From Octopus sinensis (taxonomy: Eukaryota), in NCBI RefSeq assembly GCF_006345805.1, contig NC_043008.1:72044001-72108000 (forward strand): DNA of 64,000 nucleotides. The letters run 5' to 3'. Shown here piece after piece: positions 24,070 through 38,841 of this stretch. Under the pieces are notes generated by a model. It was not told the origin of the DNA. It made no database searches and saw only the letters and a program-made list of their open reading frames with translations. The translations under genes and the position numbers were made by a program. Each line of letters starts with the position of its first letter. The first letter of the stretch is position 1.

Positions 24070-25270
24070 GTCTGCAGTCTTTCAACTATTCATAGCTTGA
24101 TTTTTTGATCCGGTGACATATTCTCCACTTGATTGAATGTGGTCTGGAGGAAGAATTTGAACCCCGTATGTGGCCAGCCAGCTTTATGGTTTTACTTTTG
24201 TCCCTGTGTCGGAAGGAAGATAAGTGTTTAGCATAGCGATTTTTAAAGTCGCCTTCATATACCCGGGTATAACTCTTCTTTTCTGTTATCATCTATCGTT
24301 GCTGTGATTTTAATCCTATTTGACCGATTAATCATGCACCCCTGGTAGAGTGAGCTGTTTGTGGGTCTCAACAGTTACAATTGTGAGTAAGCTGTTGGTG
24401 GTGTGGATGTGTAGTAATTATGATATTCATAATGGGGCAGCGGTTATATGATCATTTGATTGAGCGCCTGTTGAATATCGTTCTATAGCTGGGATTTACA
24501 GGTATATGCTTATCGAAGAGTACAGGAATCTTTCACCTATGTTGGTTTGAACATTTAGCGAAAAGGGGGAAGGGCGAGTCAAACTATTCTCCTAGGTCTA
24601 TTTTTAAGTCAATTTTTATTATTGGTATTATTATTAGAGAAGTTGTAAAATTATTTATCTTTAAAACCACTGTTGGTAAGGGTATTGCTTTAATACGGGG
24701 CTGCCTTATTTACTATTTCTTTAGAATAAAAAGCTTAGATATTCCGTTGCTAATTTTCGAAATCAGCTTTTTAAACATTATGAGGTGGAATATCAAGGCT
24801 GTATGAACGAAAGTTTCTCATTGGGCTAGTACTGATTATGAGAGGAAGTGTTTAGATTTAGAGAAACAACTAAACAATCAAATGTTGACAGATTAAAAGC
24901 GACAGTGATTTTAAGACCTAATTGAGTAAAAGCGATGGTGAGTTATTTCCTAAATTTACCAAAGGTGCGACCATCATAGCCATGTGAAATTCCGAATCCA
25001 TCGTTCCAGAATAGACCAACGTTGTGGGATGAGAGCCTGGACCTCAATGTGTTTAATATAAAAACGCCTACAAGATCGCAGACATCAACACCGTCATATT
25101 ATAACATCGATACATCGAACAAATAATTAGTATCGGATTTTTTTTTACACATGAGCCCTTCCTCCAAAGGATCATTTTTCTCGCATGCATGATAAAGTCA
25201 ATCGTTTTATCATGTTACGATTTCTGTATTGCGGGAAAAATATCTATAATATCGAACTCAGTAAATCTAG
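24070..25270 (-). mobile_element. Degenerate Penelope-like element (RT, linker, GIY-YIG)
   Basis: Minus-strand remnants EFDIIDIFP, FDVSML*YDGVDVCDLVGVFIL..VGLFWNDG, PFSLNVQTNIGERFL..IFNRRSIK*SY, and KSYTRVYEGDFKNRYAKHLSSFRH..SIKWRI. Confidence 0.82.
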
Positions 25271-25495
25271 CTCTATGCTTATTATTTAAGTTCTTAAATG
25301 TCTATTACAGTATTACTATTATCCCATTGTTGTAGCCTAGTGGTCTCTGTAACTTTGATATTAACATTTCTTAGTATTTTAACATTGCTATTTGTACTGT
25401 CTCAATATGAAGAGCATCTTTACACGCTAACACCACCAACAGCCTACCCATATATATATATACATATATATATATATAATATATATATATATATC

Positions 25496-26720
25496 ATTAT
25501 ATTAAAGGAGCAAGAGAGAAAACAACGACCTATCTACACGCTTGAAAATGCTGAGGCATTCAGTTACTATTGAAAAATTCCAAAAATACACGCGGATTGT
25601 AAGCGAGCGAGTGAAAACACGTTAAAAGAATTCACGGTAATTGTAAATTAGGTCCAATTTCTAGATTAAAACCGTAAAAACAAGCTTTTTCCTTCGTCAA
25701 CAAAATACACGAGAATTATAAATACAAATAATTATTCAAGACCTGTACACGACAGATTCGCACGGCTACATATATGTGCACGTATAGATCAAAGATAAGT
25801 CAGATTAATACTTTTTCATGACAGCCACGTGTGTATTATCAAAATAGCTCCACCTAAAATGCTATTACGATGAGAAGGTAAAATAAATATACCATTTTAT
25901 TTTATTTATTGATTCATACTAGAATATAAGGATAAAATCATGTTAATGATGTTTATCAGGTAGACAGCATGCAATAAAAATGGGAGCAAGGGTGAAAAAA
26001 ATTAACTATCCCCAACATGCTTGAAAATGACAGATACTACAGATAAACTCCAAAAATATACACAATTAACCTGAAGACATTTTAATGGTTTTTCACTCGC
26101 TCGCCTACAATGCCTATATGTTTTTGGGGTTTTTCGGTAGTATCTGAATACCTCGGTATTTTCAAGCATGTTGGAAATAGGTCGTGTTTTTGCCCTTGCT
26201 CCCCTAATATACATATATAATTATTCATTTCATGTATAAATTACCTATAAATTTTATTGTATGCTGATTACCTGATAAAAAACATTAATATGATTTTATC
26301 CTTATATTCTAGAATGAATTAATAAATAAAATGAAATAATAAAATTATTTTAACTCTTGATCGGAATAGTATTTTATGCGGAGATAGTTTGGTAATATAC
26401 ACGTGGTTGTCATGAAAACGTATTAATCTGACATATCTTTGATCTTGTATGTGGACGTGCGAATCTGGTTTATTCGGGTATGTATAATTATTTGCATTTA
26501 TACTTCTCGTGTATTATGTTGACAAAGAAAAAAAGCCTCCTTTTACAACTTTAACCTAGAAATTGGACCCAATTCACAATTAACCTGAGGTCTTTATAAA
26601 TATTTTTCACTCACTCGCCTACAATCAGGGCATATTTTTGGAGGTCTGTGATAGTATCTGAATGCCTCAGTATTTTCAAGCATGCTGGAGCTTTTTACGT
26701 CCTTGCTCCCTTAATATAAT
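25496..26720. repeat. ~1.2-kb fold-back (A-B-A' / inverted A'-B-A)
   Basis: Outer ends ATTATATTAAAGGAGCAAG and CTTGCTCCCTTAATATAAT. The arms align throughout (e.g. CTAGAATATAAGGATAAAATCAT vs ATGATTTTATCCTTATATTCTAG). Module A recurs at ~25982 and inverted at ~26063-26210. Confidence 0.9.
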
Positions 26721-26904
26721 TATATACATATAAATATGTAATTATTAATTTAATATGTAAATTACATCTAAATCTGTATTCCATAGAGTTCTATATTTAA
26801 GAGAGGAAGAATTATGTGCATTATTTACATTATTTACATTTGACGGATACTTGTCCTCATCTTTATTCCATGTTGACTACGTGATAAAAAATCATTAACG
26901 TTTT

Positions 26905-27125
26905 ATCATTATATTCTGCTGGAACAACAGTTTTATCGAAAGCGTATCGTGTTGTTACATGCTCGAAATACGAGAAAACAGCCAACAACTGTTGAAGGGT
27001 GTATTTTGTGTTGTTTGTCTTGTTTTCAATTTGTGTTTTTCGTTGTTCGAAAAAATAGTTCATATTCCAGGTACTCGTGCTTTGTATTTTTTGTTGTACA
27101 CGTTTTGTGACGTCCTGTGCCCACA
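26905..27125 (+). repeat. Interspersed repeat related to 9797-10309 and 57240-57710
   Basis: CTCGAAATACGAG..AAAACAGCCAACAACTG.TGAAGGGT..GTTGTTCGAAAAAATAGTTCATATTCCA.GTAC..GTGACGTCCT is shared with ~57490-57705. Confidence 0.75.
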
Positions 27126-27279
27126 TATGCATATGTATATATACATATAGATGTATGTACATATAGTATGTATATATACATACATATATTAGGTATATTA
27201 TATATATATATATATACAGATATATACATACATAGTTACATATACATATATATATACGTACATATACATACACACGCAA

Positions 27280-27313
<34 letters not shown>

Positions 27314-27591
27314 GTTAAATAAAATAAGACAACAAAGCCAAGACTGTGTGGAATTTTCAGGACATTTATAAAGGCAAAGTTAGTCTTACAGGTGTTTCTG
27401 GGTTATTAGGGATATCCCTCTATGAGAGACGAAATCAGAGAGTTAAATATAGGGTAATAGTAGAGTTCAATATCAGGAGTTATTTTGGAAAAGGATGGAA
27501 ATAAGTATAAAGAGAAATAAGAGAATAAGAGTAAAAATGAAAATATATGTAGAATGTTGTAACTGCAACTTCATTATCCAGGGAAAGTGGC

Positions 27592-27687
<96 letters not shown>

Positions 27688-27877
27688 TATGTATGTATGT
27701 ATTATAAAAGATTAAACAATACAGCTGCGATTTCGCCTGAGTGGCTGAGAATTTTGTTTTTTATCGGTAGAAAGCACAACTTTGATCACGTTAATTCAAT
27801 AAGCCAATAAGCAGGTAGTTCATTTGATGAAACAAGTGAATATTCATCGCAGTAACCGACTGATAAGCATTCACTGT

Positions 27878-27949
<72 letters not shown>

Positions 27950-28018
27950 TATATGTATGTATATATATACTTAAATACATATGTATATATATATATATGT
28001 ATGTATATATATTCTTAA

Positions 28019-28123
<105 letters not shown>

Positions 28124-31100
28124 CATATATATTTGTATGTATATATATACTTAAATATATATGTATATACGTATGCGTGTTTGTGCGTGTGTGTACATCT
28201 GCATGACTATGTGTATATATATATTACATTATTATCTAACGATCTGCTACAAAGACAATTCCACCGGGAAATATTATAATTACTGAATGATTATTTTATT
28301 TTAAAGATAATATTAAAGAAACCTTAAACCATGATGTATTAAATTGCGATGAAAGATAAAACTCTGTCTCTAACACTTATTACAACATCATTTCTAATGC
28401 TGTTTTATCTATGAAATCTATCAGAAAATATAAGCTCAATATATTTGGATGAAAATAGATACTACATAGATATTTTTAGGGAAAATTGTTCATTTAAATC
28501 TTTATGTATATAGATATGCTATATATCCATTACGGATGTATATGTGAACACGCACACGCACACACACATACACACAAATACTTGAATGCATACAGGCGTA
28601 GTTTTCATTTATGGCTAAGAATGAACTTACATTCAATACTGTTATTCTCAAAATTACGTCCTTACTATATTATATTTATTTATTTATTTTGCGGAAGGTA
28701 AATTCATTTCAATTTATAATTCATACTTGATTGTTTCCTCATTCTCTTGCTTATTGTTTTTGATATTTATGTAGCTTTTACTGCTATTTTTTAAAATTTT
28801 TGTTGTTGTTGTGATGGTTATTATCGTCACAATTAATAGACGCTAGGAATATTTAGATAACAACTCGGAGAAAAGCCAAAATCAAACACGCGGCTTTACA
28901 ATATAAATATTTTTCTCAACACTGAAGATATTCTGTTTTCTGTATATTCTCTATCAAGCTGGAATAAATCAATAAGCCAATAGATTCCCCTTCTTCCTTC
29001 TATTTCTGCTATGCCTCATTATTATATTTTTATTCCTCATCCTTTCTCATTTTGATGTCTCAAAGACAAAAATAAAATATTATTATAAAAATTCCAACAT
29101 CTTCTAAACATTCTTCAGGCTATTTTACTTATATATTCTAGTAGTCTTACAAATTCCTGAAGAAAAAAACACACCACTCACTGAAGCGCACACACTCATA
29201 AATATGTATATACAAATATAGACATACATATATTTTTTGTGTATTTGTGTGCGTGTATATATATTTCTGTTGATATACCTCTCTTTCTTTCTCTCCCTCT
29301 CTCTCTTTCTCTCCCTCTCTTTCTTTTCTCTCTCTCTCTCTCTCTATGTATATATATATATATATATATACACAAACATATATATGCATGCTCACACACA
29401 TACACACACACACACACATATATATGTACATGCAAACACATTTTTGAAAGTATCATGTTTCTCTGACTTTCTCACAGTCACTACCAATCACCTGTTCACT
29501 CTTACTTTAATTCTCTTTCTCTCTCCTCTGTGTGTGTGTCAGTGTGTTTATGTGAGTGTGTGTGTGTGTAAGTATGTGTGTGTGTCTATGTGTGTGCGTG
29601 TATGTGTGTACGCGTATACCTATACAAAGATACTCTTTTTTATATGTATGAACGGCATTGAGATATAAGTTGTTTATAAGTAATAATAAGAAAAGCATTC
29701 AATACGTGGTTTGAAACTGCGTCATTATATTTACCCGTCGGATGCAAACCACTTCGGTTAAGCATAAATATATGCACCCAGATCATACAGTGCTCCTCAT
29801 ACCCAAGATGACGTCTTGACATTTATATTTTATCGCGAAACACATCTATCAGATATAGTAATGCACAAGGATGATAGTGATACCCTTTGTTAGGCAGGTT
29901 CTTTTTGACTTAATGATGAAGCTATAGGTTGATCAAACAAAATAAATTTTATTTCGCATCGTATAACAAAATCATTTCGAGTTTGGCTTGATAGTGAAGT
30001 GATCGGTATATGTCCTGTGATAACATTTTTATGTCAATGGTATACATGAAAAAACATCCTCCTTCGGGAAAGGAAACGTTTGTTGCTAACTTGTATGTAG
30101 GGGTCAACAAACTGATTCACTTGATACCAGGTAGCACAACATGACAATTCATAGAATAACGTTTCATAAGACACGTAAAACGCAAGTTTGCAGTTCTAAA
30201 GCAGCTAGGAACTGAAAGTGTTTCTTTGGATGGGAAAATTCTTATATTCCGAGAGGGAGAGAGAGAGAGAGGGAGAGAGAGAGAGAGAGTGAGAGAGAGT
30301 GAGAGAGAGAGATATAATATCCAGCCAACGTTAAAATAGATTATTCTCGCAGACAAAATCATTCAACATAGTCGCTAACACCTACATGTGCATCTGGCAT
30401 ACTAAATATCTTACATCTATTAGGCTTTAACGTCAATAGCAGAAAAGATGCTTTTCCGCGATTTCTACATTTTATTAAACTTTAATTTAGGTCATTAAGC
30501 ACGCTTGTGTTTTAAATCATTTTAAATAGTAGCCTAGCTCTACCTAAAACTTACAGCAGTCAAATGGTGTTAAAAACTGAAGCCCAAATATATCTATCGG
30601 CTGCTAATGATTAGAGTCGGTTTTCCGAGCAGTAAACGATATGTTTTGAGTGCACCACGGAGGGTACGGAGCAACAAGAACCTCCCATTAATATTTACAT
30701 TATGGTTAAAGAAAGAATTAGTTTACGCTGTCGAGTTAACCAACATTTACTTTAAATATTGCTTCCAATTCTATTTGCCAGCCGAAATTACATACCAATA
30801 GAAAAGAGAAGACCTTTTGAGAAACAGTCTCTTCTCAATTAGGCAACTAGAAAGCTTATGTATTATGGAAATGGCCTTGCGGTAGCCAATGAAACAGGGA
30901 GGGCACTTCAGAGCAGTTTCTGAATTTTACTGTGTGGTATTTAACTAATCGTCTAGTCGTAGAAATTCTAGTCACATCAAGCAATTTTCTTTTTCTTTCA
31001 CCCTTTATCTTTTATTTGTTTCAGTTATTCGAATGCAGTCATAGTGGGGCACCACCTTGGAGAATACACTCCAGCAAACCGATGCTAGTACTTATTTAGC

Positions 31101-32169
31101 AAGTCACTTTTGCCTGACTGCTAATTATAAGAAGGTAAACAAACGAACACTGGTTATGAGGCGGTCATCATCATCACCGTCATCGTCGTCATCATCATCA
31201 TCATCATCATCATCTTCTTCATCATTATCGTCATTGTTATTTTACTGTTATCATTATCTATATTACGCACAAATGCGCACGAAAGCGCCAGATATATGGT
31301 ATATATAACATATATCTGTGTCTGTAAGTGCATTTATGTACGTATGTATGTGCACGTGTATATAGGTGTATGTGTTTAATAGATAGACAGACAGCTAGAT
31401 AGATAAATAGGTAGATAGATAGATACTAGAGAGATAGATATATAGATAGATATAGATATAGACACATAGGTAAGTATCCCTTTGTATGTATAAACATATA
31501 TACACATACACATACTAATATAAATATGCATATATATATGCGCGTGCACACACATACATACACATTCCCACCGTCACTCTCTCACACAGAAACACGCGCT
31601 CCTACATGTACTTCATGGAATTTTTCTTGGTAACAGTGTGAATGAATAAGTGACAGCGATATGTGATGTGAATGCAGCTACATATGACAACAGCTATGAG
31701 AAGTTCCTTGACATTTTTTCTGTTAATATATATTCAGGAAAAAGATTTCTGTTGAGTATCATTGAAAACGTTTACTCTCTACTTCATATGCGGGTGTATT
31801 TATTTGTATGATATATGCATCTTCTTATGTGCACCTATATCTGTCTGTGTATACATGATTATATGTGTGTGTGTTTTTAAGTGCGCGCGCGAGTGTGTAT
31901 ACATCATTTTCTAATATTTCAAAATTCGTTTCAACAACCGTCAATACTTCATGCATTACGGGGTTATGTATTTTGAGAATTCCAGTGAAGGAAAAGTTGT
32001 AGAAACTCACTTAGTTCTTCTGTTACATTATTTTCCTATAACCTCACAATATTCTACTGTGGTATTAGTAACAATTTCTAATATCCTATCGCAGTCTTTA
32101 ATGGGAGTAAGAGATATATATAATTGATCATATAAAACCTACACTAACACGCAGCGTGGCTTCTGTCCA

Positions 32170-32585
32170 GTAAAGAGCTTCCTCACACAGTTACTATTAC
32201 ATTACGGCTTATATGTGATTATGGTATATTTTGACTTTTCAAAGGTTACCGATGAAGTTGATCAAAAAATGATATGTCACAAATTGCGTGAACTTGATAT
32301 AGCTGTAGAATTAAAGGAGTGGCTGTATGACTTTTGAAACGGTATGTGTTAGTTGCAGCCTACACTGCTCTATGCAGATTTACTCAAGGAACTATACTGG
32401 GACAACTACTATTTATGTTGGCTCTCCAAAACAGGCATCCACTGTGGCCATCTACTTTAACGAGAGAAGTGTATTCAAAGCAATCACTATCCCTGATAAT
32501 TCAAAACTGTAGAACGATTTTAACACATTATACAACTTGTCTGAAGAAAGCAGCATACAGTTCAATGCTGTAAAGAGCCAAGTGC
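32170..32585 (+). pseudogene. CR1/L2-type LINE reverse transcriptase fragment
   Basis: VYFDFSKVTDEVDQKMICHKL..LKEWLYDF, FTQGTILGQLLF and NDFNTLYNLSEESSIQFN are degenerate RT motifs. Confidence 0.65.
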
Positions 32586-32818
32586 ACAGTTACCATCCCC
32601 ACGAATTGCACACAGAATGGGGGTTCTTGTTTGTATAAAACGTTTCGTCTCTCTTTATCCACATGGATATGTCGATGTATCTATCTATTAGTGTGTATAT
32701 GCGTAAATTATTAATCTCTTTCTATTTCTATATGAGTGTGTCGATGCATTCATCTATGAATATGTAAACGTGTCTCTCATTAATAAATAGCGATTTGACA
32801 TTTTCACATAAGTATGTG

Positions 32819-32889
<71 letters not shown>

Positions 32890-32891
32890 AT

Positions 32892-32924
<33 letters not shown>

Positions 32925-33137
32925 ATATAAAAAAAGGAACCACGAAGTGGACCGAAACGACGAATCGGAACGAACCTGATGCGGGGCGCTGTCAGACAAT
33001 AAGGTGATAAATAAAAATATATGCATACATACACGTATAATATACACGTATAATTATTTATATATGCATGTATATATACATGTAGATGTAGGTACGTACA
33101 TACATGTTTGTATGTATGCATATATTTTTATTTATCA

Positions 33138-33178
<41 letters not shown>

Positions 33179-35737
33179 TTCTATGTATGTGTATATATAC
33201 ACTTGAATATGCTAATATGTAGATTTCATATCTCTCTACATCCTAAGCATGAATCTTACACTTGGGCGGGTATATACTGACAGAAGCCTGAAAAATTTAC
33301 TTTGTCTCACCGAATTCCACGCTACACCTACATTTCACGTAACTATTTATTCTGCAGGACACTACCTTTCTCTAAATCCTCGATTATCTTTCCCGATATC
33401 AAAGCAGAGCGTATAATTATATTTTTTGTAATCTTCATTCATGGAAATTATGAAACTATGTAACCCAGTGTCAGCAATGGTTTAACTATTCGATAATCTA
33501 TTCTACGGTAAACCAGAAGCAGAAAAAGTCGAACTTAGAAATCAGAAAGATGAGAAATAAATTGTAGGAGGCAACGCAGAGATTCTAGAACTTTGCGCTT
33601 TCTACTAGACTTCTCTGAATCCTCTTCTATACTTTTATTTCATAAGTATTTTCGATCAGTTACGTGCTTTGGCGTCATTATCCACTGATGTCTCAGTAAC
33701 GTTAATTCAAACACCAAGGAAATTAGTTCAAATCACAAATTTAATTCATACTCCCAAATATGTCTTACCCAACTTGCATTTCTTTACAACCACTAAAATG
33801 TTTTTTCCAGTTCTTATTAAATCATTAAAACAATTTTGTTTTAATATATTAGATTTATTTCTTCAAAGCATTTTTGTTAATGAGTGAAGTTTTTTCAATT
33901 AACGTTTTCCACAATTCGATGCTACATTGTATGTGTATATGCCATTGTATCTACAATTTTTTGTATGCATTTATGATTGCATTTGTGTATACTTGCGGAT
34001 GTGTATTAGTGTGTGAAATTGTGTTTCTATGACATTAAAAATTACAAACTTGTCCGCTATTTGTTTTTCATTAAAGTATCAGCATTTCTAAAGCTGCCAT
34101 CTGAGGGGATTGCTATCGCGTTTCACAGTTTGTGTTATGTAAGGCTCTCAAGAGAACAATTCCGTATAAAGTGTTATTTGAAAAGCACTCAACGGAAATT
34201 ATAATAAAAGAACATAAATCAAAGAAATAGAAAAATATATTAAACAAGCACGAAAGAACAAAGAAATGGTTATTAATTAGAGTAATTCTAATTACTCATT
34301 TGTGAACCAACCAGCGAACTTTGTGTTATGAGTTTTTACATAAATTCCCCAAATTTCTTTTATAATAATTGTTGCTCTGTATCATTTTCATTGTCATTAC
34401 ATTCAGGGTGTTTTTTTGTTTTTCTATTTTTAATACATCCTCTTAGAGTTTTATCATCAGAAGCTTTTACCAACATTTCTCCATAAATAAACCCAAGTAC
34501 TGGTTGTCTTGGTAGTGTTGGGAGTAATAGTAATGGGAGTGGTAATGATGGAGGAAGTAATGTTGGTGGATATTGTGGTTATGGGGGTGGTCATTGCCAT
34601 TACATTTTATTATAATAGTTGCTTTAACAAATTAGAATAAATTTCACTGTTGAGATGTTGCTGCTCTACCAGAAACCATCACCGCACAAACTTTTAGAAC
34701 ATTATTTTTAATGTATTTCAATACTGCATTGCAATGCTTTCATTTTAACCATTTTAAATTCTTCATAATTCTAATAACAATTTAGTTTTCTACTATTATA
34801 ATTGGTTTACGTGGGCGGACTAGTGAGTGCTAACATGTTATTGTTGGTGCTCTTATTGTTGTCTAGCTCCGGATCAGCTTTGATTGATCAGCTCTGTTTA
34901 TAAACAATCCACTCGGGACAATCCATATTTTAATTTAGTTATAATGTGTTCAATGCTTGATTATCCAACGATACTTTTCTCTTTTAGGATAGCTGGTTTC
35001 GTTTTAAGGCAGATATAATTGCTATTCCCTAAAGAATTAACTTTCATATGATTCTTTTGTCTCTTAGGATATCAAATTTCGATTTAAGGTAGAATTGGTT
35101 GCTATTTTCCTCAATCATAGAGACCACATGACGGTTCCTTCCTTTCCACAGTTTATTGAGGTCTCTATATGTCTATGTATGAAGCTCGGTATAAGGGAAT
35201 GTTTTCGCTTTTGAAATAGATTAACTTTTGAAAAATGATGCCATTGAAGTTAGTTAACAATTTAGGAAAACTAAAGTAACATTCTAGATATGTTCACTTG
35301 GAAGACACAGAATTTCAATAATCACAACCACATAATCTAGGACATAGGATCCATGAACTTGAAATTGTACAGCACACGCAAATACATCTTATACATGTAT
35401 ATCAGATTAATACTGCAAACATCACTAAATAGAAACCGTAACAAAATAAGCGACAATAACTAGAAGTTCAAATAATAACTTACAGTTGTAATAACGTCGA
35501 CTAGACGTGAAGCGATATGACAACAGAATGAAAGAAAACAAGCTAAGAGTATGCAATCCAGCAAACTAGGTGCAGCCTCAGAAAGAGGGGATTGGATAAA
35601 AGTCATAGTTACAGTTAGTCACGCTTGGGAATCTAACACGGAAGTCTAATGACCGGTGATTCTGATGGTATCCTATGGAGGAGGCAGCCACGGATCCTAT
35701 CCCATCATCGTCTCAGGAGTGAAGATGCTGGGTGGAT

Positions 35738-36884
35738 AAATAGATGGATGGATGTATGGATCGATTGGTGATGAGATGGATTCATAGCCAGTGATTGGGG
35801 TTTATATGACTTAAACTATTAGAAAGTATCCACTGTTGGATTAAAAAGTAAATATTCAGTATAGAATACCAGAAATATTTAGTAGATAGTAGTAGAAAAT
35901 TGATACAAAGAGCTACATTGATCTTTCTATACAGCAAGCATTGCCTTCTGTCTTCCAAGGGGCTAATGTATAGACAACCCACACGTTGAAATTGTAGATA
36001 ATTCTACAAATATGGAGAATCAACAACAAAAATAATGAAAAGGTTAAAAACTAAAAGCAAAGCAACAGAATGACATTTAAAAACTATTGCAAGATCATGG
36101 CCAGTAAATGACAAAAATGAAAAATGTGAAAGCAGAAAGGAAATATTTCTTCAAAGTAAGAATTGCAGAAACGTATCTTGAGAATGCATGATCTTTGTTT
36201 ACGGGACAGAATCAAAGCAATCAGAGCAGAAACCACCAGAAGTATCTAATGACACGAAATGTCGTGGAGTTTAGTAACATCCTACGATCACTATTGTGTG
36301 TGTCGTGGAGGCTTGTAATATCCTACGATCACTGAGTAATTTCCCCCAAATCAGGATTTTTATAACTGCCCATATCCGAATTCTAAGAACCATATTTCGT
36401 GAAAGATTTCTTTGACGAAAGCTTGCAATTCAAATATGGACAATCATTTTAACCAATGGGTTTACCAGAAGTATCTAATGACGCGAAATGCTTTCACGTT
36501 TTTCATTTTTGTCATTTACAGGCCATGATCTTGTAATAGCTTTTAAATGTCATTCTGTTGCTTTGCTTTTAGTTTCTAACCTTTTCGTTATTTTTGTTGT
36601 TGATTCTCCATATTTGTAGAATTATCTACAATTTCAACGTGTGGGTTGTCTATACGTTAGCCCCTTTGAAGAGAGGAGACAATGCTTGCTTTATAGAGAG
36701 ATCAATGTAGCTCTTTGTATCAATTTTCTATTACAAGTTGCTAAATATTTCTGGTATTCTATATTGAATATTTTCTTTTTAGTCCAACAGTGGATATTTT
36801 CTAATAGTTTAAGTCATATAAACCCAATCACTGGTTATGAATCCATCCCACCACCAATCCATGCATACAGCCATCCATCTATTT
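35738..36884. repeat. Long inverted repeat: ~397-bp arms (35738-36134, 36489-36884) and ~354-bp spacer
   Basis: The arms are reverse complements with scattered substitutions. The mirror ORFs 35782..35982(-) and 36641..36937(+) translate almost identically. Confidence 0.95.
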
Positions 36885-37194
36885 TTCAGATTCTGAGGCT
36901 GGATGGTTTGCCTTTCGAACTTATTTTCATATGCTAGAGTTATGGTGTGATCTTTTGGTGAGTGTCTACTTCAAGTGGCAGTAGAAAGAGAGAATACCCA
37001 GTGTTATGGGCCTTGGTATTGGTGTACTGCTGAGAAACGTTCTAAATGAAGGGGATCAAGTAATGAGTTTTAGGCCTGTAACTTCGTTGAACGCTGATTC
37101 AACCCTGATTTCAGAGGCTGAAACGTGACAATGTAGAGTGATACATGTTAGGCGGTCAAAGTAAGTGATCACCTATTCGCATCGTTTAGTATTG

Positions 37195-38440
37195 TCATTC
37201 AGTTTGGTACAATTTCATTTGTATTTCAAAGAATGCTAGTTGCTCAGCTATTCGTACTTTACATTAGATAAATCTTTTGATCCTGTAGCGATGAACTCCA
37301 TCTGGTCCCGGAGTCGTCCAATTATCCATCTTCTTACTGATTTCCTTCACATCCTTAACTAAATAGTATATTTCTACCTAATGAGAACGAAGTACTGTTT
37401 ACTTCAGTTTTTGTAACCATTGTCATTTTTGTACTCTTCTTCTTTAATGTAAATATTGCTAAAGAACTTTTGTCTTCCATTATTATCTGGTATTATCCCT
37501 TCATCTGTACACTCTCCACTTATTTCTTATTCAAATCTCTTCTGGTCTACATTCCATAATCTTTTCTGCCGATATTTCTTTATTCTTTGTTCATATCTTG
37601 CCATATTTGCGTTCTTTGCAATAAGGCGCTATGTTCCTCCATTACTAATTTTAGGCCTTTTCTTTCAAAGTCCTACTGTTTTTGTTCCAATGCTCTGTAT
37701 TTTTTGTGCATTTCTGAGCTTCCCATTCTCTTTTCAGTCTGAGACAGAGATGTTCCTTAAGAGCGTACCTAAACTTGTCTGTACTGTTTTCCACTTATCA
37801 CTCGTCCCTCCTATTATCTTTCTTTTCTTTTGACACTTACACCCATTGTTTCTGCTACAACGATGCTTGCTGACATTTTGCCTTATTCTGTTGTATATAG
37901 TCTTCTGCTCATCTGCCAGGTTTCCAATCATTTCATTATTTGCTTCTGTAATGTTCTTTTTTTTTTATTAATCTGACGTATTTCAGAATTTAATTCACCA
38001 TTTTGTTTTTTGGTTCAGTTTCATCGGTTAAACGTTTTATAAGGTCACAGTGAGGGTCACTATTGTCTTCCTATTGTCCTCCAATAATTTTGCCTTATTC
38101 TGTTGTATATAGTCTTCTGCTCATCTGTCAGGTTTCCAATAATTTCATTGTTTTCCAGCCTGGCTAAGCTTATATTCGTGTGCAGAGTTGCTCATGTAGT
38201 AACACTCAATGATCGTATTTAATTGTTCAGTCCATCTCCACTGTATTTGCTAACCCATTACTGAATAAGGACCTAATAGAGGGAGTCGGAACAGTTATTT
38301 CCAAACCTGCCGGGCGCAGCACCTTTGCTATCAAAGATTCCAGTCTCGTTAACCTCGTTGTTCTTAAAATTTTGATGTAAGCTGATGCCGGCTGATGTTG
38401 GTTGATGTCAACTCTTCTTTACTTTCACACTAAGCAGGGC
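37195..38440 (-). mobile_element. R4/Dong-clade LINE, decayed N-terminal to early-RT region
   Basis: Minus strand WRWTEQLNTIIECYYMS, ARYEQRIKKYRQKRLWNVDQKRF and KMDNWTTPGPDGVHRY. Local ~60-bp duplication at ~37875 and ~38087. Confidence 0.7.
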
Positions 38441-38841
38441 TGCTAACAAACTTTGTCATTCCATTTTAATCTTATCATCATTATCATCATTGTTGGTGTT
38501 GTTGTTGTTCATGTGTAGAATAAGGAATAAATTTCGAATCGGGATTAACTTCAAATTAGGATTATTATTGAACGTTTTGGAATGTGAACCGGGGCCTGGC
38601 AATAAAACCGTTCTAATTTTATGTTTATACCTTGTTTTGTTGAATAAATCCGAGACCAAAAAGGTTTTTTACACAAAATAAATCTGACTGAAGAAAAGAT
38701 ACAGAAAAAATTTGATGATTATGTAAACATGCAGAAATTAAATACGATTATAACATTTCATGGGAAAAAAGCATAACGATGAAAACAAGGCGTGTGGCAA
38801 CACATCAATGGCAACAGCAAAAGCAATATCTGCACGGACAC

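Noticed and set aside
29690-30260. Unique-looking segment with coding-like composition
   Set aside because: Stops in all frames and no recognisable motif.
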